64,000 nucleotides of DNA, from the NCBI RefSeq assembly GCF_000981445.1, contig NC_027216.1:2356001-2420000 (forward strand), written 5' to 3'. This document shows positions 35,093 to 46,748 of this stretch, in pieces. The position numbers and the translations under genes are program-made. Source of the stretch: Babesia bigemina. Its lineage: Eukaryota. Each line of letters opens with the position of its first letter. Positions within the stretch are counted from its first letter, which is position 1. The notes beneath the pieces are model-generated. The model had not been told where the DNA came from. It saw only the letters and a program-made list of their open reading frames with translations, and did not search any database.

Positions 35093-38047
35093 TCAGCCTT
35101 GGTCGGCATTTAGTAGAGCTGAGTGCAGTTTTCCATTTCTGTGCGCGGTGCTGCCTCCGAAGCACGCGGCGTAATCCAAAACGGCACTCCGAGCGGCGAT
35201 GACCGGTGCATCTACGGTAGAAGCGGCACGCTGACCACCGGCCTGGTGGACACAATGCGCAATACGCTGCATGTGTTTGCCAATACGTCGCTGGAGCATT
35301 GATGCGTCGTCCAGCACTACCAAGTGACGGTCCGCGAGTGACAGCGCAAGCTCCAGTCTCTGGGCAGTGCTGTGGCGCAATTTAGTCGTACAACATGTGC
35401 GGTTCAACACAGATGCCCCTCTTATAGTTACCGACGCGTCTTCTCGATGCCGCTTGATGCACATCGCCACATGCGCAGCATCTCCATCCGATACGCTGGC
35501 CGTGGCGGTGGCGCACAGCATGTTAAGCAATGGTGTTATATCTAGCACGGTATGACGACTAGCGAGCAGATAGGAGATGCGCTGCAGGGCCATCTCGTCC
35601 AGTGATTCACACCTTAGCGACAGGCAATCCACACACTGCCGAAGGTTCATGCTCGCACAACGGCCGCAGACATCGCCGGTAACACACAAATCCAGAACGC
35701 CTCCTAGCGCCACGTGGCTGCGCAGCACTGATAACAGCTGGTCGTGGTTCAAGTTGCGGACGACCACTGGCAATACCCTGGCCAATGCAGGCACCAACAA
35801 CGCCAGTACGACGCTGTGCTCTGTAGTCGCCTCGCACTTGTCGACCCTCGACTCTGTCGTGATAGACAACGCAGCACCATCGACTCTCTCCCTGATGACG
35901 AATGAGACACAACCGGGCACAGGGATATGACGCACTCCTTCATTAACATGCTCCCTAACCAACTCGCATAGGCAGGCGATGTCATGTGGTTGCCATTCAA
36001 CCGTATTGCTGTTGTTCTGCAATGTCTTTAGGAACGCGGATAACTGGCTCGTAGACAGCATGCCATGCTTCTGCAGCAGACTAAGAGCTCTGACTCGCCC
36101 ACCAATGCGTACTGAACCATCCCCTAAAACTATAGCGTCAGAAGTTAAAAAGCGATTCAGGACATTCTTTGTGACCCTCGCCTGCTCAGGCATTAACCTG
36201 ACCGCCACGCCGAGGTCTTTGAGTAGAGAAACAAATTTGTCCATCTGCACCATTAGGTGAATGAGGTGCCTCAACTGGGTCGGAGGCAATGTCGATTCCG
36301 AAATTCTCTGCAGCATTGCAAGAGACCACTTACTTAACGTCATCACATGATCATCGCTGCACTGGCCATTGGCAGCGGCGGAAAGAACCATGTAGTAACC
36401 AGCCTTAAGCTGCGCGACATTATGATCAATTTTAGCACATGAAATGTCGTCAAAGAATGCGGAGACGAATTTCAGCATATGTCCACGGATAGGAAACAGG
36501 TGCGTCGAGTGATGACCATCCATACAACTGATGCGATCTACATGCTTTACAAATGCGACAGCCGAATTCAATATTTTCATATGAGATACTTCCACAGCTT
36601 TAAAATCATCTGGGCAATCCTCAATCCCCCTAGCAATAGCCGACGGCCCAGCCGGGCCTGAAGTCACACTTGCGCTACACAGACGTTTCTTTAGGGCTGT
36701 CGATCGTACCACCAAGACGCTTGCCGCCTCTAACAACCGACTAAGACCCGCTACACAACCGCTAGATGCCAGTGTACTTGCAAACGATGAAACTGGCATC
36801 TTGTCGCACATGCAAGAAAGCATCTCAAAGAAACTACGAACATGGCCGAGAGTCAAGTACACGTTACCTTGCTTCGACAGAGCGCCATGCTGCGTCAGTG
36901 GTGACGCAACGTCCTTGACTTCGGTCGAAGACTGTAGTTGTGGGTGTTCGATTGAAGTCGGCTCTTCTTCGTGGTCATAGGCAAGTGGCCTTTCTGTGGC
37001 ATCTGCGTTACAATCCGCCGCATAGGAATCGTCATTTATACGTTTTGATGACGTGATATCCTTGAATTCGCCATCAGATCGGTGATTTAGCAGCATCAAC
37101 AGCCTTTTGAAAAGTTTCAGGAGTAGCTTCTCTTCAACTTTAGCAAGCCGATCCCCGTGCTTAAGAATCACGCTCATCGTGCAAAGCGTCCTTAAAAAGT
37201 CGAACGAGCATAGTTCCTGCTTTCGCGATTCCATAACCTCCATTAGAAGTTGTGCAACCTCCCTGTTGCATATTGTGGAGCTCGTGTTGAGCAGGTGCCA
37301 CAGCTTCCACACGCAATCGAGGTCTAATCCGGACGACGGAGAGTCCGCATACCAGACCGCGTGACTGCTTTCATCACCACGACCGTCAATTATATTATCC
37401 AAACTCCCTATGTGTCGTTGCGGCTCTAACTTTAGGTCGATAACTCCGCGGCGGAGCTCCCGTTTGGCCGCCGCTGCAACTTTATCAAGCAGCCCAGCTG
37501 CAATGCGTTCCACTTTTGACTTCAAAATATGGTCGTGACATCTGAATTGGCACAATCCATGCAGAATCTGGTGCGCAGTATTGAAGTCTAGCTCCCAACG
37601 TGAATTCGTAAGCTGACTAATGTGCTTGTCCAGCATTGACCACACCGTGACATCACTGCAACCCTGGCGAATTACATTGCAAACAGCAGCCTTGAAAAGT
37701 GAGTTGTCATGCAGCGTACAGTTTTCATTGCGATGCCAAAGGCGGCCCCTGTGTGCATGGAAGCCATTTAATGCGGGAGCGTTTGATCCTTCCGTACAGG
37801 GCCAGCGGCTATTCCCGGCGGTCTGCTCAGGTGAGCCACCAGGCTCCAACACATTATAACCCCCTCTACCACTAGCATCCTCCCATCTAGTTGCAACCCT
37901 AAGGAGATCTGCTCGTGACTTCGCCTCGACCAAGGCGTGTAAAACAGACACGTGACCCCTAGCCTGTGTCGAGGATTCCGCGGCTGTTGCGCTGGAGAAG
38001 GCCTTCGCAGCGCTTATCCCGGCAGACGATCGACTGCCTAATATCAT
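35093..38047 (-). CDS. Hypothetical 984-aa helical protein, possible mitochondrial leader
   Basis: Single long ORF; MILGSRSSAGISAAKAFSSATAA leader; no recognised domain. Confidence 0.8.
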   Translation of the reverse strand: MILGSRSSAGISAAKAFSSATAAESSTQARGHVSVLHALVEAKSRADLLRVATRWEDASGRGGYNVLEPGGSPEQTAGNSRWPCTEGSNAPALNGFHAHRGRLWHRNENCTLHDNSLFKAAVCNVIRQGCSDVTVWSMLDKHISQLTNSRWELDFNTAHQILHGLCQFRCHDHILKSKVERIAAGLLDKVAAAAKRELRRGVIDLKLEPQRHIGSLDNIIDGRGDESSHAVWYADSPSSGLDLDCVWKLWHLLNTSSTICNREVAQLLMEVMESRKQELCSFDFLRTLCTMSVILKHGDRLAKVEEKLLLKLFKRLLMLLNHRSDGEFKDITSSKRINDDSYAADCNADATERPLAYDHEEEPTSIEHPQLQSSTEVKDVASPLTQHGALSKQGNVYLTLGHVRSFFEMLSCMCDKMPVSSFASTLASSGCVAGLSRLLEAASVLVVRSTALKKRLCSASVTSGPAGPSAIARGIEDCPDDFKAVEVSHMKILNSAVAFVKHVDRISCMDGHHSTHLFPIRGHMLKFVSAFFDDISCAKIDHNVAQLKAGYYMVLSAAANGQCSDDHVMTLSKWSLAMLQRISESTLPPTQLRHLIHLMVQMDKFVSLLKDLGVAVRLMPEQARVTKNVLNRFLTSDAIVLGDGSVRIGGRVRALSLLQKHGMLSTSQLSAFLKTLQNNSNTVEWQPHDIACLCELVREHVNEGVRHIPVPGCVSFVIRERVDGAALSITTESRVDKCEATTEHSVVLALLVPALARVLPVVVRNLNHDQLLSVLRSHVALGGVLDLCVTGDVCGRCASMNLRQCVDCLSLRCESLDEMALQRISYLLASRHTVLDITPLLNMLCATATASVSDGDAAHVAMCIKRHREDASVTIRGASVLNRTCCTTKLRHSTAQRLELALSLADRHLVVLDDASMLQRRIGKHMQRIAHCVHQAGGQRAASTVDAPVIAARSAVLDYAACFGGSTAHRNGKLHSALLNADQG

Positions 38048-38200
38048 ATATGTGCTATAGTTTACTCATTATGTGTAAGGATGCTGCGAACAAACTCCCA
38101 GGCTTCGTATCGCAAGGATCTCTCCACACACGGCGGCCACGATCTAGACGTGCACACATCAGAATAATGTAGCTGATTTAGAATGCGTACACGTATATAG

Positions 38201-39733
38201 ATGTATGTTATTGGTTCCTGCTGCGTTGCGGCGGCCGTGATCGTGTCATCGACGCAGCTCTCTGCCGTTTACGCACGCACATCCGACGTCGGAGGCAGCC
38301 TTCCTGTTGTGACGGAGGGTTTGATCGGCTGCGCCGATGGATCTGAGGGTGTCAGATGTAGTCCTGAGTCCTCTGAGCAGCCGGGATCGTTGGAAGACCG
38401 CGGAATCACGGATGCCCCGGTGACCTTCCGCCAGGCCGACCTTCCTATGTTGTCATCGCTGATAGGTAGGTGCACAGCCTGCACTCGATATACGCGTACA
38501 GCGGCCTACGGGGGTCAGGCCATAGCGCTGAATGCAATTTTCACGGCATTGGCGCTGCTGGCACAGCGGCTGCAGGAGCTGCTTGACATCGACACGGGTG
38601 CGCTCCTCCTAGGCCGGCTAACTGGGTTGCTAACGGTGACTATCGGCGGATACGCTGCGTACAAGCTCTCCGAGCAGCTGCTGGAGCTCACGCTGGCAGC
38701 ATTGTCCTCCGGATCTGCATCGCGCACGTGTAAAGAGATCCTTGCGCACTTGCGGAGGCGCGCCAGCCGGTCAATTACGGCGCCACTTGGCGCAATCGCC
38801 GCAGTAGGACATGCAGCTCAGACGTGCACGGTGGTTCGAAGTGCCGCTAAGGGGCTGGCGCCACGCCTCACGCCACTGGCTGCAGCCATGCGTGACGTGA
38901 GCGGCGTGAGATATGCCCGCGCCGCAGTCCCGTCGTGGCTTTCGTATTCAGACACGAGTGTAAAGGAGGCCGCGGTGATAGCGGCGTACTGCATCTCGAC
39001 GTTTCTCCTCCTGGGAGGCAGGTGAGTCGAAGCCGGATGCGCGATGATAACCAGCCGCAGCCTGCACTCCTTCACGCCGAGCAACGTTACACATCCCGGT
39101 GCTTTCGCAGTGCCTAGCACGTCGCTGTCGGCTGAAGGGTACACATACGCGAACAGGAGACAGAAGCGCGTTATACAGCAGCTTGGTCGCACGTACGGCT
39201 GCCACAGCTGCGGCCGGTCCTCGGCTTCCGGCCAGTACATCGCCGACCACCAGCCGCCGTCGGGGGTTATAAAGCGCCGACTTCGGCGGCCGGTGGTGAA
39301 GTTGCTCGTCGATCACCACATAGTGCCGCTATCGTTGGTGCGGCCCAGACAGTACTTCTACCCGCAGTGCCCGGCATGCTCAGCAGAGCAGTCGAATGCG
39401 GTTCGGACGAACAGGTGAGTTTGGCGCGGTTTGTAATTTTTTTCGTGTGTAAAAACGCTGCGGTAGCCGCTACGGGCCCAGCTGCCTCCATGTGCGTCGC
39501 ACGCGGCCACGATAGGCGCGTTCTCACAGCTGCGCAGGAAGAAGGTGGTTACACACTACGGTGTATTCAGGCCGTACTACCTCTGTGCAAGCGGATATCT
39601 GGTCGGCAGGTAAAGTCTACATGTGTGGGATAGATTCCGTCGCAGGCTGCTGCTAGACACGCGTTGGCGCTTCCCGTGCCCGCCCCGGCGGAAAGCTTTG
39701 GTCAGGCCTAGCAACAGGGTAAACGGCGCTTAA
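38201..39733 (+). CDS. Signal-peptide/multi-TM protein with C-terminal CxxC..DH..CxxC (HNH-like) domain, multi-exon; 3' exons tentative
   Basis: Hydrophobic N-terminus and TM segments (38201-39021); intron 39022-39060; then PGAFA...GCHSCG...YIADHQPP...FYPQCPACS.EQ; later exon VVTHYGVFRPYYL. Confidence 0.72.
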
Positions 39734-39747
39734 AATCTTTCGCCAAA

Positions 39748-40298
39748 ATGCGCCGCCTCCCGGCCCTGTTCGCGCTGCTCTTCGCAGCCCTGCTGGGCGC
39801 CAGCGGCGATATCATCTCGGACGAGGACTGTTTCGCCGAAAGCGCCGAGCGCGCCATCGACAAACTATCGCAATCTGGAAACCCAGACTTCTTGGAGGAA
39901 GTCAAGGCCTTCAAACACAGCCCGTTTCTGCTCGCGGTGCGCTACTGCCTCGGCCCGGAGGCGTCAAATTCGAGCCAGGACTTCGTCTCCTGCATTCTGT
40001 CGTTCAGCTCATGCTCCCGCGGGGGCATGGAGGTAGTGGACTGGGAACTCTGCGCCTGTGACACCTTCTACTGCATTATGCGGGAGTGCGCTCAGCGGTG
40101 GCTGGAGGACATGGGCATCTCGGACCTTTCCGTGAGTCACCCTATGTCGTAGCTAAATGTGCGCAGTGCATCAAGCCGTGCCTCGAGAACAACTCTAACT
40201 GTATCGTGCGCCAAACCGGTGCCCTGGGCAGGTTGGCGTTACCCCCGGTGAAGGAGAGACGTGGTCCAAACCCCTATGAGACAACACCGATAACTTAA
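39748..40298 (+). CDS. Small secreted Cys-rich hypothetical protein
   Basis: Signal peptide MRRLPALFALLFAALLGASG; multiple Cys; intron 40132-40166 joins in frame to CIKPCLENNSNC...PIT*. Confidence 0.7.
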
Positions 40299-40332
40299 TG
40301 CTGGGTGCGGCTCAAGCACCGAACCCGGATAT

Positions 40333-41297
40333 TCATTCGCACGGCACGCCGTACACTAGTTTCATTACAGTGTGGAATGCGCCTTCCTCATTAGTCTCGG
40401 CGAGTGTGTACTTGGCGAAATCCTGCACGTTCGCCTCCGCATTCTGCACGGCGAACGACAGCTCGCAGAGGCTCATCGCCTCCACGTCGTTCGTGCCGTT
40501 GCCAATGAAACCGCAATCCGCACTGGTGACCCCGTAGCTCTCCAGCAGCACCTTTAGGCCCTCAGCCTTCGTAGAAGTGCACGGAGTGACGTCCCAGGCG
40601 CCAAAAGATCCCTCCTTCAGGACATAGTCCACGTCGCACTTAACGTGAGGTTGCTGCGTGATGACCTCCTTGTGGTGAACAATCAGGAGTGATATCTTCT
40701 TCAGTAGCAGGTCGGCGGGTGTGACCACGGTGGGCGGATCGTGCATATCGACGTCCGCAAGAATCTCTTTCATGCAGCTGGAGTCGTCGCACAGCATGTA
40801 CGCTCCGTTCATGTCGCAGAACGCCACGTATTTTTCCAGCTGATGCGACACGAGGAACTCACAGAACACCGTCAGGAACTGAGCCCCGAAAACGTTCATC
40901 CGCAGCACCGCGCCCGACCCGTCGTACACCACAGCGCCGTTGTGGTACACGCCGGGGTAGCCGCGGTACCCGGTGGAGCGCACAAACTGCTCGTCCAGTA
41001 CTGCCATCGAGCTCACGTGAGGTCGGCCTGAGGCATTTGACGGACAACACGCATGTACATACCTGTACAAAAAAACACATTGAACCCGGCCTTGAGGGTG
41101 TTCGCGAAGGCGGCACGGTTCTTCCTCATTACCTCGGCCTCCGCAGACAGAAACGTGCCGTCAATGTCGACAGCGAAGAGCGCGGGCCGTGGAAGGCGGC
41201 GACCGTACGGTGATACATCGCCGACATTGCGGCACAGGTCGTTGCTTGCAACGTTCTGCAGCGGTGGAGCCACTAAACGTTGCACGGCGGTGTCCAT
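40333..41297 (-). CDS. Cof-type HAD hydrolase (HAD-3), two exons
   Basis: AVDIDGTFL, FFCTG, YPGVYHNG, TKAEG...FIGNGTNDVEAM. Confidence 0.92.
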
Positions 41298-42137
41298 TTC
41301 AACAACAGGCAGCTGTGGTCACTGCCGGCTACACTACATTCAGATGCGCTCCAAAATATGCAGGGGGAGCCCTGCAAGGCTCCGCGGTATACGTTCAGTT
41401 GGCTGTCTATTAAAATATGACATGGTGCTGGCGCAAGAATCCGCCGCCTGACAATGGAGTACGGCAGGGTCTCACACCCCCGACCTGCTCGGCCGCCCTG
41501 CCATTTCCATGCAAATTTTGGCCCTTCTGATCGCGTTCGTCCCGTTGAGTGGCCAACGGATATTTGAGTCGCTCGGATCAATGCTCCTCACATCGCGCAA
41601 ATGTACCACCGCGAACCTCGCGCCGCGACGTTGCTTTAGCAGATGCACGGTGGACCGGGTACAAATCTATACCGTATAGGCAGATCAGCGATGGTATATA
41701 ACACAAGTGTTTAGGGGTATGCGACTGACGCCATTTTGAGGGAGCCGCGTGTAGCTGGCATAGGCTGCTCATTGTGCTCGGTTGGAATTCACCCAAATTT
41801 TTTTAGCGACTAGAGGAGTTCGTGATCGGTTTAGAAAGCACTGGGTTGTCGGGTGTAACGCGGCGATTCCGTACGTTCACCGTAGGCGCCGCTGTGCCTT
41901 CGTCGATATCCGCCCGGCTGAGGTCAGGGGAATCCGTCGTTACGCAACTGTAACGCAAACCGTTTGCACTATGTACATATTAGGTTGCTTTAGCAGCTTC
42001 TGCAGTTTGTCGGTGGCGTGAGTTGACGGCGCATGTGGAAGGCTGCCGTCGCTCGGAAGCCGTTTATAGCACTGCTCGTCGTAATCACGGAATACGGTAA
42101 CACGTTGCTGTTTTGTGAAGCGGCTTAAATCTGCCGG

Positions 42138-43028
42138 CTACTCCACGTTGATTCCGTATAGGAGCTGCGCCATTTTGGCGAATGCGGCCTGGTCGTTGGT
42201 CTCCTCGAGCACGTTCTTGGCGGCGGCCTTCACGCTGTCTGACGCGTTACCCACGGCGAACGACCACTGAGAAGCCTGCAGCGCTTCCACGTCGTTAGAC
42301 CCGTCGCCGATGAACGCGAAGTTACCGCTTTCGGCCAACTCGTGACCCAGCAGCGCCCGGAGCCCCTCCAGCTTGTTCACGCGCGGCGGGTTCACGTCAG
42401 TGAGGCCGCACGTTCCGATCTTGCCCATGAAGTCAACATCGGGTACGCCAGGGATGTGGTCCCTGATGTCCTTGTACTTGGACACCATAATCTGCACGAT
42501 GTTGGACTTCAAGATATCCTCAGCAGAGACCACGTGCAGCTTGGTGTCCAGATCCCAGATTTCGCACATCTTCTGCCAGCACGCCGACTCCTCCACCAGT
42601 GCGTACATCTCCGAGGCCGACAGGAAGACCACGATGTGCTCAAGGGATCGGGATTTTACCATGGCGCAGAAGTCGCGCAAAAACGATTCGCTGAACTTCA
42701 CTTCCTTCACAAGCTCGCCGCGTTCGTTGTACACGGTGGCGCCATTTTGGTAAACACCAGGGTAACCGTTGTACACCCCGTCGGTGGACAGCTCGCCGAG
42801 CACGTACTGGGCTACGTGGAGCGGGCGGCCTGCGTAGCATTGGACGACCTTTCATTAACCCGTACCTGTGGCGAATAGCGGACGGTAGCCGCTCTCCAGA
42901 AGCTTGCGGAATGCGCGCTTGTTTTTGGTGAAATTCGCGACATCGTGGGTGTGGAACGTGTTGTCCACATCGATGCCGATGTATTTCGGAGGGTCGCTGG
43001 GAGGAACGAACGTAGATGTCGACGACAT
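42138..43028 (-). CDS. Cof-type HAD hydrolase (HAD-4), two exons
   Basis: IDVDNTFH, FATG, YPGVYQNG, FIGDGSNDVEAL. Confidence 0.92.
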
Positions 43029-44522
43029 TGTGTAGTAAGCAGGTTTTGATATGTAATGCTCGCTATGGCACGGTGGTCTACTCAGCGACTTCCTTGTGAT
43101 CAGGCACACACGAGATCCGCGCCACACCAGAAGTACGCTTCAACAAATAACCTGGTATGCGGATTCAGGCGTGTTTGTTAACGTCTGCAGTGTCAAGGTT
43201 GCATTAGATAAATTTGTCAGGGTCATGTTGATTTTTTGCACAGTACGTGTGCGCGGGTGGCTTTGATGTCTAAGTTCAGCGCAAATGTGTTTACTGGATG
43301 CATTTGAATCTAGGGAGCGCGGTGCTTAATTCGCGCAATGATCAGATTACGATGTACGTGCCAAGTGTTGGTCTGTCTTAACCATCTGTGATCTCGCATG
43401 ATGATGATGTCGCTCATGAGACTCACACATCCGTCGCATCGTAACATCTGCTGCACGGGTTTACAATGACATCTGTGGCACATAGTATAGTTAGGTATGC
43501 GTGTTAATTGATGTTCTTATTGTTTACAAGCGGCGGTCGTATGTGCAACCAAAGCCGAGCCTGAAAGGCGATAAAGTTGATGCCAGGTTGACAAACATGG
43601 TTCTTCCACATTAAAGGTGAATTTTTCATCGTCTTTCAACCAGTTGCAACACCGCTGCGACGCAATGCTTACGCGAATGCGGTACCTTCTAGGCTGGTGG
43701 CCGATGCGTCCTTCACTAGGCCTGTACAGCCACTATCCCTGCTGCTTTATGTATCCAGGGAGAATAACTGGTGTCATGTGTATCCGCGTGATCGCAAAGG
43801 TACTGGAAAACGCGGCGTTGTGATCATGCCCGGTACATGTGAAACTCCGTGGTATTCCATATGATTCAGCAACCTAGTTTTCCCCGCTGCCAGTGCAGGA
43901 CGCTGCTGCTTTCTGTACGACCTCCTTAACCGTAATATAACCCAACGCCATCACACAGGGAGGCACGTCCGCGTAAGCGTCGCAGCTGTAGATGTTAAGA
44001 AGACCCTGCGAAATGAACTCGCTGGCAGGACCGCAACAGTCGCTGGTAACGTACGCTTGCAGAAAGGATTAGGGAGACGTAGTTTTCATGTAGAAACCAC
44101 AGCTACATCCGGCTCTCAGGGTAAAACGGCACATCGTATCGCTATCATGACACAGGCTAACCTCGCAATGCCGCACAAGTCAGCCTTATAGCCAAATTAG
44201 ACAGACGCTCAGGCGACAATAGCCGGATCCGCAAGAGTGCAGCGCGAAATGACAACACAGAAACAGGAAATACATGCATTTAAACATGAATTTATAGGGG
44301 GGTCCATCATAGGTTCGAGTACGCCGGATGCCTACGTCTATATGCAAGGAAGACTACATTAGACCGTGGAAGAATGAGATGCCAGTTGAAGACATCGATC
44401 GGATACTTGCTTGCATCTAATGAAGTTGCAGAACGCGCCTCCCAGCATACCAGAGCCAAAGGCCAAAGTTACCACAAAAACTTAATCGCGCAATCCTAGA
44501 ATGCGCTTAACCGAATATCCAT

Positions 44523-45494
44523 TTAAATCTTGATACCGTAGACCTTCTGCATGGCCTTGGCGAAAGCGGCCTCGTCGCAGGTCTCCTCAAGGGTGATGTG
44601 GGCGGCGGCAATGGCAGCGGGGACGGCGTTACCGACGGCAATGGAAGGAGTGGTGGACTCCAACATGTCAATGTCGTTCAAACCGTCACCAATGGAACCA
44701 CAGTCGCTGGGCTCAGCACCGTAGTAAGCCAAGAGGGCCCTGATGGAGTCGGCCTTGGAGGCGTTGATGTCAGAAACCTGGGTGAATCCGTGGGGGAGGG
44801 GAAGCAGGCTGTAGTTGCTGCTGGGGTCGTAGGTACCCTCGACGCTGCTGACCTCAGAACCTTCCTCAGCGTTCTGGCTGAAGATGGAGTTGAAGACCTC
44901 GTTCACGTTGTTGACAATGACGTTGTACACACGGCGCTTCTTGAGCTCCTCAACGCTGATGATGGGGATCTTGTTGGTGGAAAGGTAAGCCTTGAAGACG
45001 GCCTGGGCCTTCTCGCTGAACTTGCAGATGGTCAGGACCTCGTCGGCGGTCTGGAAGACGGGCATGAACTTGTTGCACTCGTCCTTGGTGGCCATGGCGA
45101 CCTGCTCAAGGAACTCGGGGGTCAATGGGCGCTCGTCAATGATGCGGCCCTGGTCGTCGTAGGTGAGGGCACCGTCAAGGTAGACACCGGGGTTACCGTT
45201 GTAGCCCATGGCGCGGTAGGCATCAGCACCGAACAAGTTGCGGGCAGAGCCGGGGCTGCGGCCAGTGCAGAAGAAGAGGGTGTGGCCAGCGTTCAAGGCC
45301 ATGCGGAAGGCAGCGATGTTCTTCTTCATGGCAGCCTTCTGGGGGGTGGCGAAGGTACCGTCAATGTCGACAGCGAAGTAGTTCGGCTGCCTGGTGAGGG
45401 CGGGGTGCCTCCTGAGGGACTTCTCCTTAGCGTTGACACCGCAGAGGGCGGCAGCACCGACCAGGGCGGTGAAAAGAGCAACGACACCGTTCAT
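44523..45494 (-). CDS. Secreted Cof-type HAD hydrolase (HAD-5), intronless
   Basis: Signal peptide MNGVVALFTALVGAAALCGVNA; AVDIDGTF, CTGR, SIGDGLNDIDML; strong C-ending codon bias. Confidence 0.93.
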   Translation of the reverse strand: MNGVVALFTALVGAAALCGVNAKEKSLRRHPALTRQPNYFAVDIDGTFATPQKAAMKKNIAAFRMALNAGHTLFFCTGRSPGSARNLFGADAYRAMGYNGNPGVYLDGALTYDDQGRIIDERPLTPEFLEQVAMATKDECNKFMPVFQTADEVLTICKFSEKAQAVFKAYLSTNKIPIISVEELKKRRVYNVIVNNVNEVFNSIFSQNAEEGSEVSSVEGTYDPSSNYSLLPLPHGFTQVSDINASKADSIRALLAYYGAEPSDCGSIGDGLNDIDMLESTTPSIAVGNAVPAAIAAAHITLEETCDEAAFAKAMQKVYGIKI

Positions 45495-46748
45495 TTCGAC
45501 GACTTCGTAAGGATAACGCGTAACCTTAAATAAACTGCGAAGAATCTCACAGTTTCGTGTCTTAGGCGACGAAAGAAGCGCAATTAATTGCAGACTTCAC
45601 GACGAGGTGATTTGGGAGTTACCGGTTAAATGTATTAGCAGCAGCCACGTGGATCAGCCCCAAACGCGTGCGTAGTGGGGATCGTGTTACTCATCATACA
45701 TGCATGATGGGGATGTTCTAGAATCTGTCACGGACAGGGAGACTGCGGCGCACACGCGTCCCTGACACGTCGCTGCCGAAACTCCCGAGCGTCATTGATA
45801 TGCGTCATACGATCTCATAAAACAGTTGAAGCTGTTAGGTATTTGCGCGCTACCGTGTGGGAAAGGTGACACACCGCGGCGTGACATAAGATACGGCGGA
45901 CCATTACATGTCACACTTTATCGTGACCGATCCATGTACAATCGTGCGCGTGCCATTTGCTAACAATTTGAAGTGCATGATCGTCAATGGAAGACATAAG
46001 ATCGTGCCGTGTAAATGGTCGAAACATATGACCAGTTCGCTGCCTCTCACGCGCCCTGTTAAAAATTAATTGTTCTATTCGCATCGTCATGACGATCCTA
46101 TTTCATCTGCACAGCGCTTATTTAAAATGTATTTCGCCGCCGGTCTGTCTAAAAGAGTGGCCCGTATCGCGTCAGCTTCCTGCAGTTGTCTGCCTTGCGC
46201 TCCTGCGGCTGGCGTTCGTGCGCGTGTCGCAGTGTGTGATTTGTCTCGCTGCGGTTCCGGGCTTATATGTATCGAATTGGTTGCATGAGCCCTCCTCTGG
46301 GCGTTCCACGGTCGTGTGTGGGCGCTGCAAGCGGGGCTTACGCGTAGTACACTGTTTTCTTAGGGACACATAGACCAAGGCATGCGTTGTTCCACAGTAT
46401 AGTGCACGACACGTGGCGATGTTGTCGGTGCGTATTGCGCTTTATGTCGGCTACGATGGCCACTGCCTGTGCAGTGGAGGCTACTGTGGGTCTACTGTCT
46501 CAAGCTCACGTTTAGCTCCTCTTTTTAACTTATGTAACGCGCTATGTGATTGCGTTGGTCGGGGGGAGGTTGGTGTTCGCGTTTGCCGCGCTACCTCATC
46601 GTGCTGTTTGTGTCAATTGCGTGATACACGCCATCCACTTGCCGTCACGGCATGGTACCGGCGACATTCACTGCCAAGTGATGCAGATTGCTTACAATGC
46701 AACTAGTAACCCAATAACTAAAGCGTAACTCGCATAGCATGGCGTTAA

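Larger units (their letters stand above)
22160..35969. repeat. Tandem segmental array of six units (about 1.82-1.86 kb short units, one 3.67 kb long unit, last unit merging into the 984-aa gene)
   Basis: The same spacer landmark recurs at 23390, 25249, 27105, 28922, 32593 and 34419; spacers near-identical. Confidence 0.95.

Noticed and set aside
22160..35969. Array units as transposable elements
   Set aside because: No transposase/RT, terminal repeats or target-site duplications; junctions are explained by tandem duplication and microhomology deletion.
44598..45533. 311-aa plus-strand ORF
   Set aside because: Antisense shadow of the codon-biased HAD-5; same for 10772..11527 and 2571..2981.
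46413..46706. ORF containing CCLCQLRD, resembling LLCQLRD of the neighbouring variant gene
   Set aside because: Match limited to about six residues with no flanking similarity; likely chance.
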